A DNA stretch of 64,000 bases from Candidatus Latescibacterota bacterium (lineage in GTDB: Bacteria; Latescibacterota; UBA2968; UBA8231), in NCBI GenBank assembly GCA_965200315.1, contig OZ241362.1:1376001-1440000 (forward strand), in the 5' to 3' direction. Within the stretch, counting starts at the first letter, position 1. Each line of letters opens with the position of its first letter. This document shows, piece after piece, positions 1-10,302 of this stretch. Below the pieces are notes generated by a model, which was not told the origin of the DNA, made no database searches, and saw only the letters and a program-made list of their open reading frames with translations. A program made the position numbers and the translations under genes.

Positions 1-2
1 AG

Positions 3-296
3 GATCACCCCATCTATACTGCCTTCTTCGACCTGAGTGGGGGCATGCCTTTCGGCTATAGCCCCTCGTTGGGACAGGGTAAGGCAGGCGTTAGGACATG
101 GAACTATCTGACGGGCCATTATATTAAAGATAGGTTAGTGAGTGCCACGGCCGGCGACACAGGGGGCTGGGGCTGGCACAATGACACGCGCGGCGGAGAT
201 TCGACGCGCCAGCTACAGTTGGCGGTCAATATCATCATCTATGCCCTGACGCAGGAAGGGTCGATTACCCAACGCCTCATGCAGATGGTCAACTAG
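3..296 (+). CDS. DUF4159-like protein, C-terminal part (truncated by window edge)
   Basis: Frame open from the window start: DHPIYTAFFDL...QLQLAVNIIIYALTQEGSIT, typical DUF4159 C-terminus. Confidence 0.7.
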   Translation, partial: DHPIYTAFFDLSGGMPFGYSPSLGQGKAGVRTWNYLTGHYIKDRLVSATAGDTGGWGWHNDTRGGDSTRQLQLAVNIIIYALTQEGSITQRLMQMVN

Positions 297-318
297 GCTT
301 CGCTGCAAAGCCCATTTC

Positions 319-358
319 AAAGCAGGTGTCAGGTTTCCAATCCCTGACACCTGCTTTT
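319..358 (+). terminator. Rho-independent terminator
   Basis: AAAGCAGGTGTCAGG / CCTGACACCTGCTTT perfect inverted repeat ending in a T run, about 20 nt after the stop codon. Confidence 0.85.
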
Positions 359-373
359 ACTTAGGTCTCCACC

Positions 374-1192
374 ATGTCTAAACTCGCCTTAGCAAGCCTC
401 TGCGTTGGCCTATTGAGTTGCGCCGCCCAACAGGCCGAATACTACATCAACCAACTCGACGATTCGCGACGTCAAATCCGCCTCGACGCCAGCCACGCCT
501 TGGTGCAACTAGGCGGCACGGCCGTCGGGCCTTTGCTGGACCGTGCGGCCACCGGCAGCGATAGCCTGCGCTACATTGCCGCCCAGATCCTCGGCCAAAT
601 CGGCGACGAGCGCGCCATCCCCTTCCTCAAATCGCTCCTTCGCGACGACAATCCCCATGTCCGCGAAAAAGCCGTCCGCGCCCTCGGCCAGCTCGACGAT
701 TCCCGCCTCCACGCAACCTTAGCCAGCGTCCTCGCCGACGACTCAATCCCAGATGTGCGCGGAGCGGCCGCTTGGAGCTTGGGCAACCTCCGCGACACTA
801 CAGCCGTGCCCTCTCTGATGCATGCCTTAGCAGACACCGTTCCCTCAGTGCGTCGGCAAGCCCTCGCCGCGCTTCAGTTTCTGTGGACGCCGGCAGCCGA
901 AGCAGCAGCCCTCGCCGCGCTCCGCGACCGCGACGACACCGTGCGCTACATCGCCGCGCAGCTATTGGGACACCACCGGACGCACCGCGCGCTCGACGCG
1001 CTGTGCCTCGCCTTGGCCGACGACAATATCTGGGTCCGCGCGGAGAGCGCCCGCACCCTCGGTCGCATCGGCGACACCACGGCCGTGAGGCCGCTAGAGC
1101 GCATGTTCGCCGAGCGCGAAGGCCCCGACCACGAGGCCGCAAAAGAAGCATTGCAACTGCTCACGGGCCTGAACTACGCGGTCGCCCCGTGA
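374..1192 (+). CDS. HEAT-repeat lipoprotein
   Basis: Lipobox LLSC; repeated VRxxAAxxLGxxGD HEAT/PBS motifs. Confidence 0.85.
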   Translation: MSKLALASLCVGLLSCAAQQAEYYINQLDDSRRQIRLDASHALVQLGGTAVGPLLDRAATGSDSLRYIAAQILGQIGDERAIPFLKSLLRDDNPHVREKAVRALGQLDDSRLHATLASVLADDSIPDVRGAAAWSLGNLRDTTAVPSLMHALADTVPSVRRQALAALQFLWTPAAEAAALAALRDRDDTVRYIAAQLLGHHRTHRALDALCLALADDNIWVRAESARTLGRIGDTTAVRPLERMFAEREGPDHEAAKEALQLLTGLNYAVAP

Positions 1193-1193
1193 C

Positions 1194-1262
1194 AGCTCCC
1201 AATCGACGTCACTTCGCCTCTGCGTTCATCTGCGTTTATCTGCGGATAGCCGATCGGGCGCT
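1194..1262. repeat. REP-like element with 10-nt periodic core (TCTGCGTTCA TCTGCGTTTA TCTGCGG)
   Basis: Tandem 10-mers at 1219-1245 inside an imperfect inverted repeat AGCTCCCAATCG/CGATCGGGCGCT; related copy at 56075-56103. Confidence 0.65.
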
Positions 1263-1281
1263 TTCAGACGGCATCTAAGCC

Positions 1282-2961
1282 TTGCGCGTCTTGCCGCTGT
1301 TTTGCGCCGCGCTGCTATGCGCCCTCCCCCTGTGCGCCCAACCCCAATTTAGCGACCAAACCGCGGCCGCTGGCATCACCTACCGCCATGTATTCGGCGG
1401 GCAAGAAAAGCACTACATCGTAGAGTCCCATGGCAGTGGCGCGGCCTTCTTCGACCACGACTCCGATGGCGACCTCGACCTCTACATAGTCAACGGGGCC
1501 ACCTTTGCCACGTACCGCGACCGCTCGGGGCCGGGCAACGCGCTCTACCGCAATCGCGGCGACGGTACGTTTGTGGAAATCACCCGAGAAGCCGGAGTCG
1601 GCGACGCCGGCTGGGGCGGTGGCGTGGCCGTGGGCGACATCGATAACGATGGCCGCCCAGACCTCTACGCGACCAACTACGGGGCCAATGTGCTCTACCG
1701 CAATCGCGGCAGTGACCGCTTTGCCGATGCGACCCGTGAAGCAGGCGTTGGCGGCGACCAATATAGCGCCAGCGCGGCCTTTTTCGACTACGACCGCGAC
1801 GGCGACCTCGACCTCTACGTGGCCAACTACGTCGTCTTCGACGCCGAAAACCTGCCAGCCACTCCCAAGCTCTGCACCTTTTTCAGCGGCCTCCGCGTCT
1901 ATTGCGGTCCCAAAGGCTTAGTCGGCGCAGCGGATGTGCTCTACCGCAACGAAGGCGACGGCGCGTTTACCGACGTCACGCAAGCGTCCGGCGTGGCAGC
2001 CGCCAACCGCTATTACGGCTTGGGCGTGGTGCCGGCCGATTACGATTCTGATGGCGATAGCGATCTCTTTGTCGCCAACGACGAGACCCCCAACGTGCTC
2101 TTCCAAAACCAAGGCGACGGCACCTTCCAAGATATCGCCCTCATGGCGGGCGTGGCGTACAACGGCGACGGCGACGTCGAAGCCGGCATGGGCGTGGACT
2201 TTGGCGACTACGATCAGGACGGCGACCCAGACCTGTACGTGACCCACTTTTTTACCGAGACTAATACGCTCTACCGCAACGAGGGCGGCGTACGTTTCTC
2301 CGACGTCACGACCACGGCTGGCCTCGCCGCGGCCACGGTAGAGATGTTGGGTTGGGGAACGCGCTTTTTCGACTACGACAACGACGGTCGCCTCGACCTC
2401 TTCGTCGCCAATGGCCACGTATATCCGCAGGTTGACCAAGCAGAAACCGGCACCACCTACCGCCAGCCCAACCAACTCTTCCGCAACGAGGGTGGCGGCC
2501 GCTTCGCCCCAGTGTCAGCCGGCCTTGAGCTGCTGCCGGCTAAAGTCAGCCGTGGCACCAGCTTTGGCGACTACGACGACGACGGCGATATCGACCTCTT
2601 CGTAGTCGAGCTCAACGACGCGCCGACTCTGTTGCGCAACGATGGGGGGAATGCGGGAAACTATCTCGTGGTGCAGGTCTTGGGCCGCGAGGACAATCGC
2701 GCTGGGGTCGGCACTCGCGTCGGCATGCAAACGGCCGGCAAGCGCCAGTGGCGCACGGTCAACGGCGCGGGCAGCTACCTTTCGCACAGCGACTTGCGCG
2801 TTCACTTCGGCTTGGGTGCAGCGCAGGCCATCGACCGCGTCGAAATCACCTATCCCAACGGCAACACTTACGCAGTCGCCAACGTGCCTGCCAATAAGCT
2901 CTTAGTCGTCCGCCAAGGGCAGGGGCACGCCCTCCTCGAACTAGGCGCGAACCCTTTTTAA
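1282..2961 (+). CDS. CRTAC1-family protein (FG-GAP/VCBS repeats + ASPIC/UnbV)
   Basis: Signal peptide, many DxDxDGDxDL repeats, C-terminal GSYLS...VHFGLG. Confidence 0.92.
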   Translation: MRVLPLFCAALLCALPLCAQPQFSDQTAAAGITYRHVFGGQEKHYIVESHGSGAAFFDHDSDGDLDLYIVNGATFATYRDRSGPGNALYRNRGDGTFVEITREAGVGDAGWGGGVAVGDIDNDGRPDLYATNYGANVLYRNRGSDRFADATREAGVGGDQYSASAAFFDYDRDGDLDLYVANYVVFDAENLPATPKLCTFFSGLRVYCGPKGLVGAADVLYRNEGDGAFTDVTQASGVAAANRYYGLGVVPADYDSDGDSDLFVANDETPNVLFQNQGDGTFQDIALMAGVAYNGDGDVEAGMGVDFGDYDQDGDPDLYVTHFFTETNTLYRNEGGVRFSDVTTTAGLAAATVEMLGWGTRFFDYDNDGRLDLFVANGHVYPQVDQAETGTTYRQPNQLFRNEGGGRFAPVSAGLELLPAKVSRGTSFGDYDDDGDIDLFVVELNDAPTLLRNDGGNAGNYLVVQVLGREDNRAGVGTRVGMQTAGKRQWRTVNGAGSYLSHSDLRVHFGLGAAQAIDRVEITYPNGNTYAVANVPANKLLVVRQGQGHALLELGANPF

Positions 2962-2964
2962 TTC

Positions 2965-4224
2965 TCAACCCACGCTGTGCGCGGCCCGCACCCGCTCAAT
3001 CTCGGCGAGCCGCTCTTGCGCGGCGGAAAATTCGGGATGGAGTCTGAGGAGCTGCTCAAAGACCGCGGCGGCCTTGTTGACATACCCGAACTCCAAGTGG
3101 AGAAGCCCCACTTTGTAGCTAGCCTCCGGTGAGCGCGGCGACCGGCTCGCAGCCCGTTTGAGGATGGCGAGCCGCCCCTCGTATTCCTTGAGCTTGGCAA
3201 AGACCTGCATTAACTCCTCGCCCTCGTCGCTGCGGCCCTGCTTGAGATAGAGCTGGGCCAAGCTATAGTGGGCCCCCGCGTGGCCGGGGTCGCGCTTTAT
3301 AGCCTCCAAGTAGTAGGTGGCGGCCTGTTGCTCCTGCCCTAACTTGGCTGTCACGGCGCCCAAGCGGTGATAGGAATTGGCGTGGGCCGCATTTTTGAGC
3401 AGGGCTTGGTGAAAGTAACTCCGCGCCGCTTCGAGCTTGCCTTCCTGTTCGCTGATGACGCCGAGGTCGTAAAACCCGCTCGCCGTCTCGAAGCCGAGTT
3501 CCACGGCTCGCCGATAGGCCGCCTTAGCTTCTGAGTATTGGCTCAAAGCCATGTAACTTTCGCCCAAGTGCTCGTACACCCGCCCTTCGTCTGGGTGATC
3601 AGCGAGGGCGCGCTGGTACTCGGCAATGGCTTCGCCCGGGCGGTGCTGCAAGTGATAGACCCGCCCCAAATTGGCCCGGGCTTGGAGGAAAGTCGGCACC
3701 AAGCGCACGGCTTCCTCGTACTGAGCGGCCGCCTCTGCGTAGAGGCTCTGTTGGTGGTAGAGATAGCCGAGACTGTAGTAGATCGCCCCAAAGTCGGGCC
3801 TAAGCGCGAGTGCCTTCTTATAGCTTTCCTCTGCGGCTAAAAAACGGCCCAACTCGCCGAGCGAAAGGGCGAGGCCAATCCGCGCTTCAAAGTGCTCGGG
3901 GTCCAGCACCAGTGCCTGTTCAAAGTGGGGAATCGCCGCGGCAAAGCGCTCTAGGGCGGCGTGCGTCGCGCCTAAACTGCTATGGGCTTGAGCGAGGCCG
4001 GAATCTAGCTCAATGGCCTGCTGATAATAGCGGGCCGCTTCGTCCATCTGGCCCTTGCCGAGCAAGCGGTCGCCTTGCGCGACGGCCTTTTGCGCGGCAT
4101 TTGCCCGATACTGCAAATACCAATACGAGCCGCCCACGCCGAGGGCAATCACCAGCGCGGCTGCTCCTATATAAAGGAAACTGCGGCGCGGCACTCGCTC
4201 GCGGTTCTTCTTGCTACGGGTCAT
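2965..4224 (-). CDS. Membrane-anchored TPR protein
   Basis: N-terminal TM helix followed by consecutive TPR repeats. Confidence 0.88.
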   Translation of the reverse strand: MTRSKKNRERVPRRSFLYIGAAALVIALGVGGSYWYLQYRANAAQKAVAQGDRLLGKGQMDEAARYYQQAIELDSGLAQAHSSLGATHAALERFAAAIPHFEQALVLDPEHFEARIGLALSLGELGRFLAAEESYKKALALRPDFGAIYYSLGYLYHQQSLYAEAAAQYEEAVRLVPTFLQARANLGRVYHLQHRPGEAIAEYQRALADHPDEGRVYEHLGESYMALSQYSEAKAAYRRAVELGFETASGFYDLGVISEQEGKLEAARSYFHQALLKNAAHANSYHRLGAVTAKLGQEQQAATYYLEAIKRDPGHAGAHYSLAQLYLKQGRSDEGEELMQVFAKLKEYEGRLAILKRAASRSPRSPEASYKVGLLHLEFGYVNKAAAVFEQLLRLHPEFSAAQERLAEIERVRAAHSVG

Positions 4225-4325
4225 CAGTGGGTTTCACTAGCGGGGGGAACACTTGGGCATGGGATCTGTCGCGCCGAGCGCGTCTAGCGCACCCTGTACA
4301 TCTCACAAATCCCATAAATCACAGC

Positions 4326-4778
4326 CTACTGTCGGACGACCTCTATCCCGGTCATGATCTGATCTTGGCCCCACGTTCCTCCGAGCCGCAGCGAACTCGT
4401 CGCAATGGAGCCGATGATCGTGCCTTCTTCTTGGGTGAAGGCATAAACCGTCTTGGCATTGAGGTAGCGCACCTCCAAGGTGATCTGCTCGGGATCGTCG
4501 GGCTGGATAATGTTGATTGCTTGGATGAAATCGTTGCGGCCCTCGCCATAGATCAACTTGGCAGTCACAGTAACTTCCTTAGGGGAAACCCTTACAATGC
4601 TCATTGAAACGGGGCGGTCTTCCCCACTGACGCCATTGGATAGGGCGAAATTCCCGGTGCCTTCGTATTCGCCGACCCAAGCATCGGCGTAATCGGGCGT
4701 CGGTTGAACGGCTTCCTCCGAACCGCAACTCAGGGTGGTCAACAGGCCTGCTAGAGCCAACCATGTCCATTGTTTCAT
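4326..4778 (-). CDS. Hypothetical lipoprotein
   Basis: MKQWTWLALAGLLTTLSC lipoprotein signal with GGAGG RBS upstream; start placed at 4778 rather than 4901. Confidence 0.7.
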   Translation of the reverse strand: MKQWTWLALAGLLTTLSCGSEEAVQPTPDYADAWVGEYEGTGNFALSNGVSGEDRPVSMSIVRVSPKEVTVTAKLIYGEGRNDFIQAINIIQPDDPEQITLEVRYLNAKTVYAFTQEEGTIIGSIATSSLRLGGTWGQDQIMTGIEVVRQ

Positions 4779-4902
4779 CGTGCGTACCTCCGCAGAGTTT
4801 TCATTCGGCAAAAGTATAGGGCACAACGCGACGCGAATCAACCGCTTGGCACCGCCGCCACTCGCCAATTCTCCCCTCAGTTCGTACACTATGCGTTGCA
4901 AA

Positions 4903-7170
4903 ATGTATCCACTGCCAAAGACGCCAACGCGCCTAGGGATCGCGCTCGCCGCCTTGTTGGGCTGCGCCTCCGAGCCGCCCCTGCCCGCGCAGAGCGCCCA
5001 GCGCTACGAACAGGCCCGCCAACACCTAGCGGCCGACCGTTTGGACTCCGCCGCCTACGTGCTCGAAGCGCTCGTCCGGCGCGACACCCTGCACTACGAG
5101 GCCGCGCTCGCGCTCGGGGAAATCTACTTGCGGCAAAGGCGCTACCAACGAGCCTTGTCTCCGCTCGCCCGCGCACAGAAGCTCGCGCCCGAGCGCATCG
5201 AACCCCGATTGCAGTTGGCCCAAGCCCTAAATAAACTCGGGCGTCAAGCCGAGGCGCGCGCCCTTTTCGATTCTCTCGTGGCGGCCTTCCCCGGCAATGC
5301 GGTCGCCTGCATGGCATACGCCGATCTTCTAATGACGCAAGACCAACCCGACGCCGCGGGTGCCCTCGCCCAGTACGAAGCCATCCTCGCCGTCGATCCG
5401 AGGCACTATCGAGCGCGCTCGGGCAAGGCCGCCTCGCTTTTGCGCTTGGGCGATTTTGCTGGTTCCGCCGTCCGCCTCGACAGCTTGCTCGCCGAGCGAC
5501 CAGACGACGTGTATCTCTCCTTCCTCTTGGGCGCGGCCCACCATCACTTGCGCCAATATCCCGAGGCCGTCGCCGCATACAAGCGCGCCATTGACGTTTT
5601 GCCCCCGGCATCGCCGCAGCGCACCGTGCGCCAGTGGAATCTGCGGCTGGCCTATATCGAGGCGTACGGCACCTACCCGGGCGATCTCGAACCGGCCTAT
5701 CAGATCGGCTTGGCACCGCTGGCTGAGGCGTCGCCGGTGCGCTTTACCGATGTGGCCGCAACGGCTGGCGTCGGCAAGCGAGATCGGGGGCGCGGCGTGG
5801 CGTGGCTCGACTACGACACCGACGGCGACCCGGACCTTTTTGCCGCGGGCATCCAAGCCCCACACGCACTCTACCGCAACGACGGCAACGGCCGCTTTGC
5901 CGACGTATCTGCCGCAGCCGACCTCGCAGACCCGCGCGGCGGCTGGGCGGCCATTGCCGCAGACTACGATGGCGACAGCCACCCAGACCTCTTTACCACC
6001 CGCGAAGCCTGGGAGGGCCTCGCGCCCAACTCGCTCTACCGCAATCAGGGGGACGGAACCTTTCGCGATGTCGCACCCCAAGCCGGAGTCGCCGGCACAG
6101 ACGACAGCTTCATGGCCGTCTGGACCGATTACGATAACGACGGCCTGCCAGATCTGTACGTGGCCTCGGGCATCACCGGCAGCGGACGGCCCAACCGCCT
6201 GTACCACAACCAAGGGGACGGCACCTTTGCCGACCGCGGCGCACAGGCTGGCGTGGACTATCGCGGCAAAACCCTCGGCGTGACCTGCGGCGATTACGAC
6301 GGCGACGGCGACAGCGACCTCTACGCCATTGACGTGGCCGCCCCCAACCATCTATACCGCAACGACGGAAACTACTTCAGCGATGTCACCGCCGCGGCTG
6401 GCGTGGCCAAACCGGGCGAGGGCAGCTACGTGGGGTTTTTCATCGACGGCGACGGCGACGGCGACCGAGACCTCTTCGTCTCGGCCATGAACTTTTACGA
6501 AGACATCGTGCAGTCGCAGGTTACGGGGCTGGCCTTGCGCCCGACCCGTGCCTATCTGTACCGCAACGACGGGCAGACCTTCCGCGACATCGCCCCTCAG
6601 CAAGGGCTGGCCCGCTCCTTTGGCTCGATGGGCGCGGGCTATGGCGATGTGGATTACGATGGTCTAATCGATATTTACCTGACCAACGGCGGCCCCATAA
6701 TGGCACGCTTTGAACCCAATACGCTGTTCCACAATCGCGGCGACCGTTTCGCCGACGTCACGGCCGCGGCCGGCGTCGGCAATCCGGGCAAGGGGCACGG
6801 CGTAGGTTTTGCCGACTACGATCTCGACGGCGATCTCGATCTCTATACCGCGGTCGGCGGCCACTACCAAGGCGACCTATGGGCCAACAGCCTGTACCGC
6901 AACGAGGGTCATCACAACCACTTTCTCGGCGTGGACTTAGGGCCTCAAGCCATCGGCGCGCAGTTGCGCCTGCGCGCCCAAGATCTGCTCGGAGTCGTGG
7001 AAATCAGCAGCGGCCCGGGCTTCGGGTCGTCCAACAGCTTATCCCCGGCCCTCGGCTTGGGGGCGCGCACCCGCGTCGATACCCTCGAAATCCGCTGGCC
7101 CACCGGCGCCCAGCAAATGTACGCGGATCTGGAAATCGACCGCTTCCACCGCTTTGCCGAGCAGCCCTGA
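4903..7170 (+). CDS. TPR + CRTAC1/ASPIC-UnbV lipoprotein
   Basis: Lipobox LLGC, N-terminal TPRs, FG-GAP-like DYDxDGDxDL repeats, ASPIC-like C-terminus; exact start uncertain. Confidence 0.88.
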   Translation: MYPLPKTPTRLGIALAALLGCASEPPLPAQSAQRYEQARQHLAADRLDSAAYVLEALVRRDTLHYEAALALGEIYLRQRRYQRALSPLARAQKLAPERIEPRLQLAQALNKLGRQAEARALFDSLVAAFPGNAVACMAYADLLMTQDQPDAAGALAQYEAILAVDPRHYRARSGKAASLLRLGDFAGSAVRLDSLLAERPDDVYLSFLLGAAHHHLRQYPEAVAAYKRAIDVLPPASPQRTVRQWNLRLAYIEAYGTYPGDLEPAYQIGLAPLAEASPVRFTDVAATAGVGKRDRGRGVAWLDYDTDGDPDLFAAGIQAPHALYRNDGNGRFADVSAAADLADPRGGWAAIAADYDGDSHPDLFTTREAWEGLAPNSLYRNQGDGTFRDVAPQAGVAGTDDSFMAVWTDYDNDGLPDLYVASGITGSGRPNRLYHNQGDGTFADRGAQAGVDYRGKTLGVTCGDYDGDGDSDLYAIDVAAPNHLYRNDGNYFSDVTAAAGVAKPGEGSYVGFFIDGDGDGDRDLFVSAMNFYEDIVQSQVTGLALRPTRAYLYRNDGQTFRDIAPQQGLARSFGSMGAGYGDVDYDGLIDIYLTNGGPIMARFEPNTLFHNRGDRFADVTAAAGVGNPGKGHGVGFADYDLDGDLDLYTAVGGHYQGDLWANSLYRNEGHHNHFLGVDLGPQAIGAQLRLRAQDLLGVVEISSGPGFGSSNSLSPALGLGARTRVDTLEIRWPTGAQQMYADLEIDRFHRFAEQP

Positions 7171-7171
7171 A

Positions 7172-8380
7172 ATGGCGTGGCCACTGCTCTGCGCGGCATT
7201 CGCGCTCGCCTCCTGCGCCTCTGAGCCAGTTCCAGCACCGGAACCAGTCGATCACCTCGCCCGCGCCCGCGCTCACTTTGCGGCGACCCGCTTTGAAGAA
7301 GCGGCCGCAGCCGCCCGCGCCGGATTAGCCATAGACTCGACAAACGCCGATCTCCACAATGTGCTGGCCTCGTCCCATGCGGCTCAGGGGCGCTACGCAC
7401 TCGCCATAGAATCCCTCGCAACAACCGTCCGCCTCAAACCCGACTTCGCCATGGGCTTTGTGAACCTCGGCGGGATCTACACCAAGCTGGGCCAGTACGA
7501 CCGCGCCGACACCTATCTCCAGCGCGCCGTCCAGCTCAACCCCGACAACTCGCCAGTGCGCCGACGCTTGGGCGAGCTGTACTTGGCCACGGGCCGCTAC
7601 GCCGAGGCCACCCGCGAGCTGCTCGAAGCCCTGCGCCTCTTTCCCAACGACGCCACGCTCTACTACTACCTCGGCCAAAGCCTCGCGGCTGAGGGCCGAC
7701 AGGACGATGCCTTGGAGGCCTTCCAGCGCGCCACCTTGCTCGACCTCGGCTTTGCCGACGCCTTCTATCGCCTCGCCACCCTCGCCCGCCAAGCCGACCG
7801 CGACACCTTGGCGCAGCAGGCCCTAGCGAGTTTTGGGCATCTACAAACACTTAGCGGCAAAGAGGTCAAGCGGCTGCGCACAGCCATCCTCAACGCGCCC
7901 GAAGAAGCCGCCCATCACTACAACCTCGGCCTGTTCTTCGTCCGGCACGGGTACTTCCCCCAAGCCGAGAACAAATTCAATCGAGCCGTCGCCCTGCGCC
8001 CCGGAGACCTCGCCCTGCTCAGCCGCCTCGCTGGCGATCTCCTAAAGCTGCAACAACCCGAAGCTGCGCTGCGCTACTTACAGGTCGCCCTCGACCAAGA
8101 CCCAGCGCACTTTCCCGCCTTGCTCAACGCCGGCCACATCGCCGGCCAACTCAGACGCTACGACGAGGCCATCGCCTACTGCCGCCGAGCGGTCTCAGCA
8201 CGCCCAGACGACGCCGAGGGCTGGTACCTCCTCGGCTTGGGCCTGTTCAGCAAGGGGGAACGCGCCGCGGCCGAACAGGCGTTGCACCGCAGTATAGAGC
8301 TGAGTGCGGACGCTGAGACGCTGCGCGTCAAGGCCCAACAACTGCTCAACACCCTACAACAATCCACAGGAACGCCGTGA
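7172..8380 (+). CDS. TPR lipoprotein
   Basis: Lipobox LASC then TPR repeats; ATG 1 nt after the upstream stop. Confidence 0.88.
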   Translation: MAWPLLCAAFALASCASEPVPAPEPVDHLARARAHFAATRFEEAAAAARAGLAIDSTNADLHNVLASSHAAQGRYALAIESLATTVRLKPDFAMGFVNLGGIYTKLGQYDRADTYLQRAVQLNPDNSPVRRRLGELYLATGRYAEATRELLEALRLFPNDATLYYYLGQSLAAEGRQDDALEAFQRATLLDLGFADAFYRLATLARQADRDTLAQQALASFGHLQTLSGKEVKRLRTAILNAPEEAAHHYNLGLFFVRHGYFPQAENKFNRAVALRPGDLALLSRLAGDLLKLQQPEAALRYLQVALDQDPAHFPALLNAGHIAGQLRRYDEAIAYCRRAVSARPDDAEGWYLLGLGLFSKGERAAAEQALHRSIELSADAETLRVKAQQLLNTLQQSTGTP

Positions 8381-9234
8381 GAAGCGATCTGACTAGTCGC
8401 CAGTGGCCAGCCGCCCCGGCAACCGCTCTGGCCGCGCTGCTTTCGCTCTTTTTTTCTTTCGCTCTCCAGCTCGCTTGTAGCGGGCCAGACCCCCACGCCG
8501 AGGCTTGGTCCCAACAGTACCAAGCCGGGCGCACAGCCCTCGGCCAGAGCCGCTTTGACGAGGCCGAACAAGCCCTAGCCCATGCCCTAACGCTAGCCGA
8601 AAACTTCGCCCCCGACGACCCGCGCTACGACCGCACCGCCCACCAACTCGCCCGGCTCCATGTCGTGCGCGGCGAGCTCGCACGGGCCGAAAGCCTCTAC
8701 CAACACTTGCGCGAGCGGCAAGCGGCCCTCCCAGACGATCATCCCGACAAGGTGTTGACGCTCGACAAACTGGGCGACACCTATCGGCTCCAGCAGCGGC
8801 CAACCGAGGCCGCCGCGCTCTACGACCGCGTCCTCGCCTTCCAACAGACGCACCGCGGCGATGAAGAAGTCGCAGAGACCATGCAGAAGTTATCCGACCT
8901 CTACCGCGCACAGAGCGACCGCGCCACAGCCGATTCCCTAGCCCAGCGCGCCCATGCCCTGAACCTCCGCGCCCGCGCCCATGCCCTGTTCCTTCAAGGC
9001 CACTACCAACGGGCCGCGCCCCTGTACCACAGTGCGCTGGCCCTGCAAGCGGGCGACCATCCCGATGTGGCCCGCACCTATTACTACCTAGGTCGCCTGT
9101 ATGACGCGCAGGATCGCTATCGGCAGGCCGAGCACTTCTACCGGCGAGCCCTAGCCGCGTCTCCCGCCAGCGATCCCGACCAAGTTGGCGCAGCACTCGC
9201 CGACCTGCTTGCCCGCAAGGCCATCCAACCCTAA
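8377..9234 (+). CDS. TPR lipoprotein (kinesin-light-chain-like repeats)
   Basis: Lipobox LACS; HPDVARTYYYLGRLY...AEHFYRRAL motifs; GTGA overlap with upstream gene. Confidence 0.8.
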   Translation: MRSDLTSRQWPAAPATALAALLSLFFSFALQLACSGPDPHAEAWSQQYQAGRTALGQSRFDEAEQALAHALTLAENFAPDDPRYDRTAHQLARLHVVRGELARAESLYQHLRERQAALPDDHPDKVLTLDKLGDTYRLQQRPTEAAALYDRVLAFQQTHRGDEEVAETMQKLSDLYRAQSDRATADSLAQRAHALNLRARAHALFLQGHYQRAAPLYHSALALQAGDHPDVARTYYYLGRLYDAQDRYRQAEHFYRRALAASPASDPDQVGAALADLLARKAIQP

Positions 9235-9253
9235 CGCCCACAGGAGTCTCTTG

Positions 9254-10255
9254 ATGAACCATCCCCCCACAGAATTCAAACGCATCGCCGCCGCTGACCT
9301 CAGAGTCTTTGGCACGGCCTGCCTCCGCGCCGCGGGCCTGTCCGACGCGCACGCTGTGCAGTTGGCCGCCCTGCTGACTAATTCAGACTTGCGCGGCGTA
9401 CGCTCGCACGGCACCCGCGCCCTATACGGGTATTGCTGCACACTCCGCGACCAAAAGGCCAACCCCGCCCCAGACATCCGCGTCCTGAGCGAAAGCGATA
9501 CCCACATCTTTGTCGATGGCGATGGCAGCCTCGGGTACGCGCCGACCATGCTGGCCGCCGAACGCGCCATCGCCAAGGCCAAGGAAAAGGGCCTCGCCGT
9601 CGGTGCGGCTTGCCACATTGGGCACTACGGCTCAGCCGGACACTACGTGCGCCGCGCCATGGCGGAAAACTGCGTGGGCTTCTCAGTACAAGCGGCCTAT
9701 CCCCAATACTACCCCAGCAACGAGGGCAAGCGCGCCGCCCACTACGGCAACCCGCCCTTGTGCTTTGGCCTGCCCGGGCAAGAAGGCCCTCCGCTGGTAC
9801 TCGACGTGGCCACCTGCATCCTCGCCGACTACCAGCGCGGCGAGCAGATCGAAGCCATTGAAGAGCTAATCCCCGCAGCCTTCTTCAAGTCCATGGGCTA
9901 CACCGCGATCGCCACTCTACTCGGCGGGGTTTTTGTCGGCCAAGGCGGCGACCGCGCCCACAAAATCTCCGCGCAATGGTCGGCGGCGCGCATGGGCAGC
10001 TTAATCCTCGTCCTCGACTTGGGCCTCTTCGCGCCCGCGCCGCAAGTGCGCCACGGCGTCGATGAGCTGGTGCGCTTGGCGAGCGAGCAGATGATCCCGC
10101 TGCGCGGGTACGACGAAGTCACCTTGCCCGGCACACCTGAGCACCGCAACGAAGAAGCGTACGCACGCGACGACATTCCCATCGGCTTAGAAGACGTCGA
10201 GCACCTAGCCGAGTGTGGCCGAGCCTTTGGCGTCGTGCCCCCGTGGCTGGACTAA
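9254..10255 (+). CDS. Ldh_2 family (malate/lactate/ureidoglycolate-type) oxidoreductase
   Basis: SDLRGVRSHG, HYGSAGHY, GNPP, LDVAT motifs; AGGAG RBS. Confidence 0.85.
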   Translation: MNHPPTEFKRIAAADLRVFGTACLRAAGLSDAHAVQLAALLTNSDLRGVRSHGTRALYGYCCTLRDQKANPAPDIRVLSESDTHIFVDGDGSLGYAPTMLAAERAIAKAKEKGLAVGAACHIGHYGSAGHYVRRAMAENCVGFSVQAAYPQYYPSNEGKRAAHYGNPPLCFGLPGQEGPPLVLDVATCILADYQRGEQIEAIEELIPAAFFKSMGYTAIATLLGGVFVGQGGDRAHKISAQWSAARMGSLILVLDLGLFAPAPQVRHGVDELVRLASEQMIPLRGYDEVTLPGTPEHRNEEAYARDDIPIGLEDVEHLAECGRAFGVVPPWLD

Positions 10256-10302
10256 CGCCGAGTCGATTTCTACCTTAACGAACTGCAAAAAGGAGAAATT
10301 CT

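Noticed and set aside
4259-4314. Imperfect inverted repeat ATGGGATCTGT/ACAAATCCCAT between minus-strand genes
   Set aside because: Single short copy, no target duplication or match to the MITE termini; cannot be classified
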